From Octopus sinensis (lineage: Eukaryota): 64,000 bases of DNA. The notes beneath the pieces are model-generated. The model saw only the letters and a list, made by a program, of their open reading frames with translations. It was not told where the DNA came from and did no database searches. The stretch is taken from the NCBI RefSeq assembly GCF_006345805.1, contig NC_043002.1:77376001-77440000 (forward strand), given 5' to 3'. Positions 13,446 to 25,476 of this stretch are shown here, one piece after another; positions within the stretch are counted from its first letter, which is position 1; each line of letters begins with the position of its first letter. The translations under genes and the position numbers were made by a program.

Positions 13446-13760
13446 GGGTATGAGACGCTTTGGCACAGCTATTTTGGCGCCGCTTATTTTGGCTCCCACT
13501 TTCTCTCAGTTTAAGAGTTTATTTCTATTTATGTGAGGAAAGGAAAAGTGTTCATTATTAATCAATGTTAAATAAAATAGTAATCTCTCTTGTCCCCTCT
13601 CCCTATCTATCTATGTCACTTTTTCGATTTACAAGTGTATATTTCTGCACATACATTCGGGCATGCGTTTGCCTCTAGCACCAGAAAGTACTGTCGCCAA
13701 AGCAATCTAGCCAGTCGTGCCAAACCGTCAGACCGTCAAAACAGCTGCATCCAGTCGTCT
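13446..13760. mobile_element. Putative non-autonomous DNA transposon with subterminal TTTGGC/GCCAAA repeats
   Basis: Left end has tttggcac, ttttggcgc, ttttggct. Right end has cgccaaa, tgccaaa, cgtcaaaa in inverted orientation. Superfamily not determined. Confidence 0.4.
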
Positions 13761-14384
13761 AATCCGTACATACAAGCATTGTGAGGGCAATGGGAGAGAC
13801 GGAAACTATGTGAAACCTGTTGAATACGCTCTATTTGTAAACTTTATCCTTCATCCCCATTAAGACAATAAAATGATTACTAGTGATGTATTGCAGTGAT
13901 TCAATTAAATATATCAATTAACTTGTGGTGTGATAACAGAATCTAATATTTAAGTTACGCAGCCATTCAAGGTACATAACTCATGAGGTAAAATCTTATT
14001 TTTGATATTTTATATTATAGAATTTTACATTAACAACACTTCAGTTATGAATTTCTTTAGAACGGTAATTTGGGGGTACGGGTGAAGTTAAGAGTTATTT
14101 GATTGACTTCGACTTCACCCACTAATCACTGATTTTTACTGTGTAAATGTTATGAGTAAACGTATTCAGGGTACATAATTCTTAATTGAAGAATGTTGAT
14201 CAAAGTGCTTTATACGTGAGCATGAATTTATGAATATGTAAGTATGCATGTATACGTGTATGAATCTCTGTGTGTGCGCGTGCATACACACACACACACA
14301 TACGTCATGCGCTCACATGAATATGATTATGCTTGAAAATACATACATAGTGCACTTGAGCACTATAAACAATAATTTTATTAT

Positions 14385-14387
14385 TAC

Positions 14388-14427
<40 letters not shown>

Positions 14428-14800
14428 GAGTGAGAGAGCAGTGTATGCCATCAAATGACACTGGGGTAAAATATACGAAGCCCAGTATACCCATCATGAC
14501 TACCCGTCTGATAAGAGTACACTAGGCACATGTATCACAACCATATATGCACGACATGGTGATCTCATATCAAGATAAACCACACATGACCTTGCAGGTG
14601 GAGGCCAAGTTAGAATTTTCTTCTGGTCAAGTAACCCATCCCGCTCAAAAGGTCCCTGAATAAGGGTTGTTTAAGGATGTTTCCAGAGGTGAATTATTCA
14701 AACCCCAAAGAATCCCTCTCAACATATGGCTATGATGCTTCCCCACTACTTCTGCTCATGATCAGAGATGCACATATCATCAGCCAACATAAATATACAT
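14385..14800 (-). mobile_element. Interspersed retroposon 3' portion ending in (TAA)n
   Basis: (ATT)n at 14385-14428 abuts a GC-richer 370-bp body that I recall as a common Octopus repeat. Family unassigned. Confidence 0.5.
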
Positions 14801-15429
14801 ACATAGAGACATACATGCAATATATGCATACACAGTGTTGGGTGGGGACACTTCCGTTGCAGACAACAGATGAAGGCTGCGGAATTTCTTGCTGAACAAC
14901 TTGCACAGACGATTTGCTTATAATTATCAAATGTTTGAAGTATACATTAGCTTCCTAACTCCATCAAGTTGATATTACCTGTACAGCTGCATGGTGTGTC
15001 ACACATCAGATGCCAAAATGATTTACAGAGCAAAGTGAAATGAAGTGTTTTGCTCAAGAAAAAAACCCATATTTGCATATATCTACACATACACACACAC
15101 ATGTATGCATACATGTATAAATTTTCAAACATGGAGAGAAGGAGAGAGAGAAAGAGAGAGAGTGTGTGTGTGGGTGTGCGTGCATGTACACATGTACATA
15201 TGTAGCAACCAAGACGTGGTCCTACTGTAAAACAAAATGTGGTTGCTCCCTTTATCAGAAACACAGAAATTGATTCTCAAGTGCCTGGTATTACGTTTAT
15301 AGATATAATTCTATATCTTTAAAAAAATTTGGTGCCCTTTTATACTTGTGTATAAATAAACTAAGAAATACTTTCATTACTTCTAAGTAATTTATCTTCA
15401 CTGAATACCAATATATAGATAGATATATA

Positions 15430-15880
15430 TCATCACCATTTTAACATTCACTCTTTCATGCTCACATGGGTCAGATGGAATTTGTTGAGGTATATTTTCT
15501 ACAGCCAGATGCTCTTTTTGACACGAGGGGTCACTTCATCATCATCATCATCGTTTAACGTCCACTTTCCATGCTAGCATGGGTTGGACAATTTGACTGA
15601 GGACTGGTGAATCAGATGGCTGCACCAGGCTCCAATCTGATCTGGCAGAGTTTCTACAGCTGGATGTCCTTCCTAACACCAACCATTCCGTGAGTGTAAT
15701 GGGTGCTTTTACGTGCCACCAGCACAAGGGCCAATCAAGCGATACTGGCAACAGCCATGCTAAAATGGTGTTTTCTACATGCCACCTGTTTCCAAGTAAG
15801 GTAATATCTCTCCATGACCAGACATGTTTCCACAGAAAATTGGAGACAAAGAACATATCATGCATGATAGTGACACACAT
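15430..15880 (-). mobile_element. Younger RTE 3'UTR (about 15537-15760) nested in an older RTE 3'UTR variant
   Basis: Two (CAT)n..ttaac..catgc tails at 15430 and 15537; older variant homologous to 28480-28715 and 50270-50500. Confidence 0.6.
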
Positions 15881-16635
15881 TTACAACTATCATTTAAGGA
15901 AACAGTAACACACACACAAAGTTCAGTTGCAGGATGTGTTAGAATCTAGGTATTTCAACAAGTGAGATGCTAGGAAAGGCCAGGTACTGTTCTTGCAATA
16001 CTCCAAAGCAATTTAAAGTAGTTGTTTGCAGCTTGTACTCATATATATATATATATATATACATGCACACACACACACATCTATATATATATGAATACAC
16101 ATAGGCAAATGTATATATACACATAGGTACCCAATCCAAAACAAACCAGATCCAACAAGGATGGTTCCAAGTGTAGTGTATATAAACATAAAAGAATACA
16201 AGATGGCAAAAGTTTTGCCATGATGTGATCTAAGACTGCATCAATAAAATGCTGCTGAAACAGCTGTTGTGAATTTTGAAATGCACTTGTGTTCTTACTC
16301 ACTCCTCTGTGTGTGTGTGGGCGTGCGCGCGGTAGAAAACAGTTACTCAAGGTGCCAAATAGTGAGACCGAACCGGAAACCATGCAGTTAGCAAGCAGGT
16401 TTCCTTCTTAACCACACAGCTACATAATGCAAACACTAGAGAATAGTGGTAATTCCTCACTCAAGCTATATACTTAATAGAGGATCACTTCTAGACAAAA
16501 GCCCTTTCAATTTCCTATGTTTCATGGCGCCAATTTTCAGATATACTCAAGTGTGGATTAAGTGAGATCAACCACAGATTTGACATAAACACATTTCATG
16601 AATACAAACTCTATGATTATGATCAAATGAACTTT

Positions 16636-17000
16636 TACCTCTGCCTTAGTGAAGGTGGAGGTATTGTTTTCAGTCACATTTGTTTCTTTGTCCATGGACA
16701 AGATATCTTGAGAACCACTGAATGGATTCAGATGAAACTTTCAGGGATGTTTGGCTTCATGACTGGCACAAACTGATTAGATTTGGGGATTGATCCAGTA
16801 CCAGACAAGAATTCTGGATTATTTTTCCTTTTTTCTTTTTTACTTAACTTTTGAGAGCCATCAGGTTCATTTTTAGTATTCTTGTTTGTGAGAGCAGTCG
16901 AGTTTATTTAAGATATTCTCATTTTAAAAATCATCTCTGGCTAGTCATTGAGAGGACGTTGGTGTTGCCTTGGTGGAGGTTTGTGCTCTCTGAGTGCTTG
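16636..17000 (+). mobile_element. Helentron-associated (HINE/DINE-1-like) non-autonomous element
   Basis: 5' hairpin tacctctgcc-ttagtgaa-ggtggaggt, body with gaaccactgaatggattcagatgaaactt, 3' ccttggtggagg plus gtgctctctgagtgc palindrome, T-rich flanks. Confidence 0.6.
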
Positions 17001-17019
17001 TTTTTATACCTTTTACTTT

Positions 17020-17350
17020 TTTTTTTATCTTTTACTTGTTTCAGTCATTGGACTGCAGCTACACTGAGGCAACACTAATTTTACCAAACTGGCAGATTAT
17101 GGGAATGTAAACAGACTTACACCAATTGTCATGTGATGGAGAGGACAAACGCAAACCCATACACTATATACATACATACATACATATATACACAACAGGT
17201 TTCCACACAGTTTTCATCTACCAAGTTCACTCACAAGGGATTGGTTGGGCTAGAGCTATAGAAGAAGACACTTGGCCAACACGCCATGCAGTGGAACTGA
17301 ACCTGAATCCACATAAGTAGCAAAGTAAGCTTCTTAACCACACAGCCATT
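17020..17350 (-). mobile_element. SINE family A (decayed)
   Basis: Reverse complement of 11559-12100 segments. Confidence 0.7.
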
Positions 17351-17681
17351 TCATAGCAAACTCAGTAGTAACACATCCATTTTTTTCATATAAAAGCACA
17401 AGAATGGAAAACCTGTAAGTTCGGGTTTTTTTTTTCATTCAGAATGTCGTCTTTTTAACTATAGGAATGACAAACCTTTTTACTTTGAAAATTTTTAGGA
17501 TGTGCACCAAAATGTCTTTTTGTGCAAAACACAGAAAAGTTTAAAATGGAAGGAAAACCAATAAAAAAGTTCATTCTTATCAAAACTAGAATTTACTATT
17601 AACTAAAATTAATTTCACTAGTGATTTTTATGTTTGTATTGATACCTCTATGACATATCCATGTGCCAAATTTCCTTCATT

Positions 17682-17958
17682 AGAGGGCATGTGTTTTAGT
17701 GGTCAGAGTATTCAGCTCACACTTGTAAGGTTGTAAGTTTGATTCCCAGTGGCATGTTGTGTCCTTGAGCAAGACACTTTATTTCTTGTTGCTCCAGTTC
17801 ACTCAGCTGGCAAAAATAAGTTGTACCGGTAATTCAAAGGGCCAGCCTTGTCACACTCCATGTCATGTGGAGTGCTCAACCACTTGCATGTTAATTTCAT
17901 AAGAAGGCTGTTCCGTTGATTGGATTAACTGGAATCTTCATTGTCATTACTGACAGAG
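17682..17958 (+). mobile_element. tRNA-derived SINE (family C)
   Basis: Head gggcatgtgttttagtggtcagag...gtttgattccc, then gtgtccttgagcaagacacttt central motif. Confidence 0.7.
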
Positions 17959-18286
17959 TAGGGTGTGGTAGTAGAAGCATTTAATCCCTTTAATATAAAA
18001 TATTAATATGGCTGCATCACCATGTAGTTAAGAAATTCACTTCTCAATTACAAAGACCTGAGTTCAATACTACTATATAATAGCTTGAATAAATATTTTC
18101 TGCCATAGTCTTTTCTACTATAGTCTCCTATAGTAGATACTACGAGCATATCTTCTATCACAGTCTCTTATTGATACATGCCTTATGGGTAAATGGCGAC
18201 TGGGTTTGTAATTTGAAAACTCAGCTTTGTCAGAGAGTCATATGAAATTTTTCTGAAAATTAAGTGTACATCAAGGGGACAATATA

Positions 18287-18542
18287 TTAACCCTTCAGCT
18301 AGCATGGAAAGCGGACGTTAAACGATGATGATGATTACTCAGTCAAATGAAATACATATTCATTCACACTGATTTGAATTAATCATGCATCATCTTGGAG
18401 CTTTGTGATTTCAATGATGTAATTGTTGATTTTTACAATGACATTGTTAAAGTCAGTGTGAGGCCAGATCTGGCCAGTTTCAACATAAAACAAGTAGAAA
18501 AGTTTGGGCCAGATATGGCCAGTTTAAATGCTATAGGGTTAA
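18287..18542. mobile_element. piggyBac-type MITE interrupted by a ~40-bp RTE 3' tail
   Basis: ttaacccttc... aatgctatagggttaa ends; gctagcatggaaagcggacgttaaacgatgatgatg inserted just inside the left end. Confidence 0.65.
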
Positions 18543-19139
18543 TGAAACACCTAGAGTATTCAGTTCTTAAAATTGACAGCATTCTATTCATTCTTTCCAA
18601 CTGCCAAAAATTCAAGTGGTATTCCGTAGAAAATCTGTGTTAATTCTTTGCTTAAAAAACAGAAAAGAAAAGAGAAACTATTTACTGTTTTTACACTGCA
18701 GCCACATGGTAGTCCTAGGCTGATCAATGTCTTGTGAACAAATTTGGTAGATAAAAACTACATAGAAATTTGATAGAAAAACTACATACAAATCTGGTTG
18801 ATAAAAACTATATTATATATCTGTATATTATGTTATTTTTTCTCTTTTTCTTTAATTCATTACCAAGAGAACTATATCTTCCAGCTTGCTCACATTTCCC
18901 TGTCTCTCTCGTTCTCCATCTTTCTATATCTTCCAGCTTGCTGGTTCATATATCACTGTCTAGATATCTTTATGCTCCTCCGTCCCTCACTCTTGCTTTC
19001 TCTATCTTTCTCCTTCTCCAGCTCTCTATCATTGTCCTGTTGGACTTCGAAACTTTTCAAATGTAAGCTTATCCTTTTTTCCTTCACTAGACTAACTCTT
19101 TCTAACATAGCAGCATAGTACAATACGCATACATGCCTA

Positions 19140-20412
19140 TATCTTTTGTAGACTAGTGTGGTCATCTCTCTGCAAAAAAATATAGTGGATAGGGATGCAA
19201 TGTGGTGGGTTTTGTGGTTGTATGGAGTAGATGGTAGATTGTTGAGAGCTGTTCAGAGTTTTCATAGAGAAAGCAGGGCATGCATTAGGGTGGGTGGTGA
19301 AGTAAGTGAGCGGTTTGATGTGATGGTGGGGTTAAGACAGGGTTGTGTGATGTCTCAATGGCTGTTTAATTTATATATGGATGGAGTGGTGAGAGGGGTA
19401 AATGCTAGAACCCTTGGTAGGGGAGCCCAAATGGTGGGGGAAAATGGAGAGAAATGGCAGGTGAGTCAGTTGTTGTTTGCTGATGATACAGCACAGGTGG
19501 CAGATTCGGAAGAGCATCTGAGGAGACTGGTGATAGAGTTTGGAAGAGTGTGTGAGAGGAAGAAACTGAAAGTGAATGTAACTAAGAGTTGTTCAAGAGA
19601 TGGAATAGTTGGTAGGATGGATGTGAGTATAAATGGTGAGATGTTAGAGGAGGTGAGTGTTTTTAAGTATCTGAGGTCACATGTGATGGTGGAGGTGGGG
19701 TTGGCTGAGGAGGTGGGATACAGAGTAAGGGAGGGGAGTAAGATACTTAGAGTTGTGAAAGATATGCTGTGAGATAGAAGGTTGAGTATGAGGGTGTGAT
19801 TGTGATGACAACGTTATATGGTGCAAAGATAGGGGGAGACTGAGAGAAGCAGAAAGGGAGCGATTGGATGTGTTTGAGATGTCTGAGGGCTATGGCTGGT
19901 GGGACATGGATGGACAGGATGAGGAATGAGGAGGTGCAAAGACAAGCAGGAATAAGAGAAAAACTAACAACCAAATTAGACAAATGTTGAGGTGGTTTAG
20001 CCACATGGAGAGGATGGCTGAGGAGTGGATGGTAAGGAGAGTGATGAAGGTTGAAGTGGTAGGCAGCAGAACCAGAGGCAGACCTCAGTTTGTGTGGATG
20101 GATGGAGTAGGAAAGCTTTGGTGGTTAGAGATTAGAGGTGTTGCAGTGAGAGAGGCAAGAGAGTTAATAAATGATAGGAAAGCTTGGAGAGTGTTTGTGG
20201 ACAGATGAGTGAATTTTTGGTGTTGCTCAAAGGGGTACAGAGCCAGCATGTGCTGTCGGGCCCTGCTGCTGATATTGGGGTTGCATTCTATTCCTTGACC
20301 CAAGCATAGAATGGGGCTTGCCCCTTTGAGCCGGGAAATGAATGGAATGCTTGATGTGTGTCTTATTGTGGCTACCCACTCCTAAAAAGAAAAAATGGGG
20401 AATAGGCCTGGG
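19140..20412 (+). mobile_element. 5'-truncated RTE LINE (second family): RT C-terminal half, ORF end and 3'UTR
   Basis: 204-aa open frame with GLRQGCVMSQWLFNLYMD and QLLFADDT, later frameshifted LRWFSHMERM..RTRGRP..W motifs, ends at (TA)n. Confidence 0.9.
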
Positions 20413-20440
20413 TATATATATATATATGTATGTATGTATA

Positions 20441-20699
20441 TTATTAAAGTAGTAAAGTTAATGCCCATTCATAGAGTGACTAATGATTTCACATCCACGA
20501 AAGCATTAGTCACACTGATGTCTCATCAGACTCTAAAGCCAAAGACATTTTAGAGTCTGATGAGACGTCCATGAGGCTAAGGCCTTTGTAGATGCAAAAC
20601 CATTGGTCATACTATGACCAGACATTAAATTTATTACTTTAATACTTTACTGCTCTATGCTTTAGAGTGTGCTTCTTTATTGGATATGTGAGACATTGA

Positions 20700-20700
<1 letters not shown>
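20441..20700. ncRNA. Fold-back element with two degenerate hammerhead ribozyme copies (Penelope pLTR-like)
   Basis: + arm: AGAGT-CTGATGA(20557-63)...AAAA-CCATTGG-TC(20608). - arm: AGAGT-CTGATGA(20529-23)...GAAA(20490-87)-TCATTAG-TC^ACTCT. Arms of about 95 bp, 10-nt spacer, (TA)n on both sides. Confidence 0.7.
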
Positions 20701-20730
<30 letters not shown>

Positions 20731-20744
20731 ACAACATATCGAAA

Positions 20745-21193
20745 TCGGAATCGAAATTGAACCAATCCTATGACTGGCACCCGGCAGTTGCTAGGACCCC
20801 TGGACTGGTGGTACATAAAAAAGCGCTATCCGAATCGTGGCCAATGCCAGTGTCGCCTCGACTGGCTTCTGTGCCGGTGGCATGTAAAAGGCACCATCCG
20901 AATCGTGGCTGATGCCAGTGCTGCCTTGACTGGCTTCCGTGCCGGTGGGACGTAAAATGCATCAATCCGATCGTGGCCATTGCCAGCCTCGCCTGGCACC
21001 TGTGCAGGTGGCACGTAAAAAGCACCCACTACACTCACGGAGTGGTTGGCGTTAGGAAGGGCATCCAGCTGTAGAAACACTGCCAGATCAGACTGGAGCC
21101 TGGTGCAGCCTTCTGGCTTCCCAGATCCCCCGGTCGAATCGTCCAACCCATACTAGCATGGAGAACGGACGTTAAACGATGATGATGATGATG
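20745..21193 (+). mobile_element. RTE LINE 3'UTR with ~60-bp internal repeats
   Basis: Four gcacc..ccgaatcgtggcc..gactggc..ggtggcacgtaaaa units, conserved terminal segment, (GAT)n tail. Confidence 0.8.
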
Positions 21194-22309
21194 AACATAC
21201 CAAGTAGATCTCAGTATACATATCTAGTGGGATATTTTTTCTGTACCAAGTACCTAAAGTGACACAGCCTGCACTGGTTGATGCAACACAACCAGATGCA
21301 CAATATCCTACCCCTATGGAACAGATGCAGGAGGAGTTGAAATGTGCTTAATAAAGATTCGTACTAAATCCTTCTTCCATTTCCTTTATCAACTGCGTGA
21401 GTGTGTGTCTGAATGTGGTTGCCATCCACCCCCCACTTAACAACCAGTGTTGGTTTGTTTTTGCATCCACATAACTTAGCTCTTTGGCAAATAAGACCAA
21501 TGAAATTGGGATTTGATATGTTCAACTAAAACCCTTCAATGCAGTGCCCCAGCATGGCTGCAGCCCAGTGACTGAAATAAATAAAAGCTAAAAGATAAAG
21601 TTGCTTAGTTTAATATATAAATACAGACACAAAAAGAATCTTATAGAAAAAAAGATGTCCTCGAATAAAAAAATTTTTTTTTCGACAGGAGCCTTTTTGT
21701 GTTCATATCTGTAAGTAACAATATAACTTTATATATTTTATTTTAAATTTCTTAATAAAAAAATATTCTATAAGAATGGTTTCAAATTTTGGTACAAGGC
21801 CAGAATACATTCTATAATAATCAATATGAAATTTATTTTATACAATAAATAATAAATAGCTTTTCTTTTCCTTTTTTTAATCAATGATTTATATTGATAG
21901 TACATAATTGAATATTACGAGAAAAATGTTAAAGTTCTCACACTGGTTGTGAAGTATTTGTTTGTTAGTGGTACAAATATATCATTAGAAGTGAGAAATT
22001 GTCTACATATAATGGTGCAAGTTATATATATATATATATATAGACAGACAGACATATAGCTATAGATATAAATATATATTTTATTGTGTCTGGGGAGTCA
22101 TTCTGTTTTAATGCCTTATTAATTAACACACTCACTGGTTCAATTTCCAGTCATTTACTTATTTATTTTTACTAAAATTTTCATTGCTTCTTGCAACCTC
22201 TTCAATAGTCAATAGCCAGAGGTTTGTAGGAGTCAACTCCTGGGGGAAACAGTTCTCAGAAATACATCAAAAGTAGTAGTAGTAGTAGTAGTAGGAGGAG
22301 GAGGAGGAG

Positions 22310-23078
22310 CCTTTCTACTATAGGCACAAGGCCCAAAACTTTGGTGGAGGGGATAGTTGATTACATCAACTCCAGTGTTTCACTGGTACTTAATTTATCA
22401 ACCCCGAAAGGATGAAAAGCAAAGTTGAACTCAGAACACAATGACAGACGAAATGCCACTAAGCATTTTACCCAGCATGCTAACAATTCTGCTAACTCAC
22501 TGCCTTAATAATAATAATAATAATAATAATAAAATTAATAATAAAAATCCTGTCTACTAAAGGATAAAAGCAAAGTTGACCTCGGCAGAATAAATAATAA
22601 TAATAATAACAATAATAATAATGATGATGATTTCATTTATTTGACACAAGGGCAAAGGATGAGGGAGACAAATAATAATAAATTTTAATAATAATCCTTT
22701 CTGCCATAGGCACAAAACCTGATTGCCAAGTACTTTTTCATCAACCCCAGAAGGATGGAAGGCAAAGTCGACCTCAGCAGGATTTGAACACAATGTAAAG
22801 ATGGGTAAAATACCACTGATAATTTTGTCCAGCGCGGTAATGATTCTGCCAGCTCACCACCTTAATACTAATAATAATCCTTTACTACAAAAGGCCTGAA
22901 ATTTGCGGGGAGGGAACTAGTCAATTACAATGATGCCAGTGTTTCACTGATGTTTAATTTGAGCCAAAAATGATGAAAAGCAAAGCCAACCTCAGCTGTA
23001 TTTGAACTCAGAACATAGCAACAGATGAAATACTAAGCATTTTGTCTAGCAAGCCAACGTTTCTGCCAGCTTGCTGCC

Positions 23079-23120
<42 letters not shown>
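22310..23120 (-). mobile_element. Tandem cluster of about four family B SINE copies separated by (TAA)n
   Basis: Repeated cctttctac..ggcacaa..aaaggatgaa..gcaaagt..gaactcagaac..ctgcc blocks with (TAA)n at 22506, 22590-22620 and 23082-23122. Confidence 0.75.
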
Positions 23121-23123
<3 letters not shown>

Positions 23124-23515
23124 GTGTTAAATGAATGAGAGATTAAGTCATCATCATCACCACTATTGCCGTCATCACCACCATTGCTATCATCATCATC
23201 ATTTTTATGCTTGCTTTTCCCCATGCTGGAAATACATCTTGAGGCAAGATTCTATGACTTGATGCCTTTTCTAACGCCTTATTTTGATCCCCGTAAGGTA
23301 CAGGAACACAATGATCAGTCACTAGATGTTGAATCTTCCAACCACTGATGTTTTCTGTGCTTATTCAGAACATAGACAATTGTGTACCAAAGTCAAAAGC
23401 AGTGTTGGTGTGAAGACACAAGGAGACAAACATATATGCATATGTGCACATACACACAAACAGAGACAAGAGCGAGTCAAAAAGTAAAGTAATGCAAATA
23501 AAATTTGCATTACTT

Positions 23516-23547
<32 letters not shown>

Positions 23548-23896
23548 ATATGTTGGGCTTCTTCTTTACAGTTTCCATCAACCAAATTTCACTCACATAG
23601 GTTGAGCTAAAGCTATGGTACAAGACGCTTATCCAAAAGGCCTTACAGTGAGATTGAAAATAAAACTGTAGTTATGAATCAAACTCCTAACACACATAGC
23701 CATATCTATTGCAAATGATATTTCCAAAACATCTCTTCTATTTCAACTGAAGGCCATAGACAAAACAAAGAATATAAACTTATAATTAAAAAAAGAAAAA
23801 TTTTTAAACCAGCTTTTGTTTACTTCTCTGAAAATTCTTTGATAAGAATAAAATATTATATTAAAAAATTTTCTTTTTTTTCCTTCCTGTCCCAAG

Positions 23897-23932
23897 ATAC
23901 ATTTGATCATACGCAGATCACAACAATAAATG
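23897..23932 (+). CDS. Candidate 36-nt phase 1-1 micro-exon (DTFDHTQITTING) of an unidentified gene
   Basis: Acceptor ttttcttttttttccttcctgtcccaag|AT and donor ATG|gtatgt. Two of three frames contain stops; only phase 1 is open and the length is a multiple of 3. Confidence 0.35.
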
Positions 23933-25355
23933 GTATGTGATATTGTTGGAATGAAAATTTAACTTGTTGAGTTAAAAATAAAATCAGGATCATGGAGTTT
24001 TAAATCCCTGATACAAACTACAAGCAATATCTGGCCTTTGTGGAGTAAAACAGGTTTGTTGGACAACATGTGTTTAGAAAGTCACAACCAATTTTCTCTA
24101 CTACAATAAACAGTCACAATGTACAATTAAATAATTACCTATACTTACTAATTACCTAATTAACTACACTTACTCACAGCTGCCTACTTAAAGTATACCT
24201 AACAAACAATTGTGCAACAGTCTAAACACATGTTAATTATCATCATTATCATCGCTTTGATATTAATTGTGTGAAGGGGAGAGAGAGAGAGAGAGAGACA
24301 GAGAGACAGACAGACAGAAGGAACAAGTGAGGTATTGGCATGGACACTACAATACTGTATATTTCAACGAGCTTTTGAACATGCATTATTTCCTTTGTGA
24401 CATTCTCAAATCTTTAAATCTTCTCAAATTGCTTTCCCAAATGTTACCTGTCTTTTATAAGTTATATACACCGCAGACTTACAATACTGTTTCCTTTAGC
24501 ATGCATGAATCCATTTCATCTATTGCCTATGGCAGTGTAGTCATCTCTCTTGCATACATGTGCTAACGTGTGTTTGATGTCAGACAAATATTTTCTACTC
24601 ACTGGCACTCAACAGCAAATCAATCGTAAGACAAGCGAATACCAAATAACCTTACACATAAATGTATTACAAGAAATGTGAAGAGTGAAGTTCATACTGA
24701 AAGCAACATGACAGATCTGTTAACAACATTAATACTTATGCTAAGCCATAGTAAATTAATATCATAAACACTTCAACTTATACTAAACTAACTGACAAGC
24801 TGAGGATTTCTCTGAGTCAAACACAATCATGTGTATATGTTCTTTTTTTTTTTTTTGCTTTTTAAAGCCAAAACAAAGAAAGTTATAAAAATAGTATTAA
24901 TAATATAGGTTGATGGTTTATACTTTTACCTGGTATTTCAATATTTCAGGCTGTTGTTAGAAGGTGTTGTTAGCTGATTTCTCTTCTATTATAAATTTTT
25001 TTATAATTTGAAGGTTTTGGCTTTAAAATATTATTAAAAACTTATACATACACACATACATATATATGTATAAGCTATCATTTTATTTTGTTGATTTTCC
25101 CTTAAAGATTTTTTTAAAATGTAGATTCATAAACTAACATGAGTTATCTTAATCATAATTATGTACACACACACACACACAGATAAAATGTGTATGTGTG
25201 GGGGGTAAAGTTTTGGCCAATATGAACTTACCAAAATATTTAACCCTGCTCTCTGTATTCAGTTACCACAACAGTAAATGTTCCATTGTTATTCTTAAAC
25301 TTGCTTGGAAATAATAACTCTCTCCCTCACTGTATGTGTGTGTGTATAGATGATA

Positions 25356-25391
<36 letters not shown>

Positions 25392-25397
25392 TATATA

Positions 25398-25476
25398 CAG
25401 GGTGTGCAATGAATAAACTGTCGCCTAAATTACGCAAAAATGAAAATAACACTGACATCTCATTTTAACAGATATC
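25398..25476. mobile_element. Isolated Tc1/mariner terminal fragment
   Basis: TA|CAGGGTG terminus like 29671; cut off by the RTE tail that follows. Confidence 0.5.

Noticed and set aside
16081-16383. 100-aa minus-strand ORF with a protein-like middle (QQLFQQHFIDAVLDHIMAK)
   Set aside because: Starts inside a SINE fragment, spans microsatellite, and lacks usable splice sites.
19158-19772. Longest ORF as a host gene
   Set aside because: It is a retrotransposon RT segment with downstream frameshifts.
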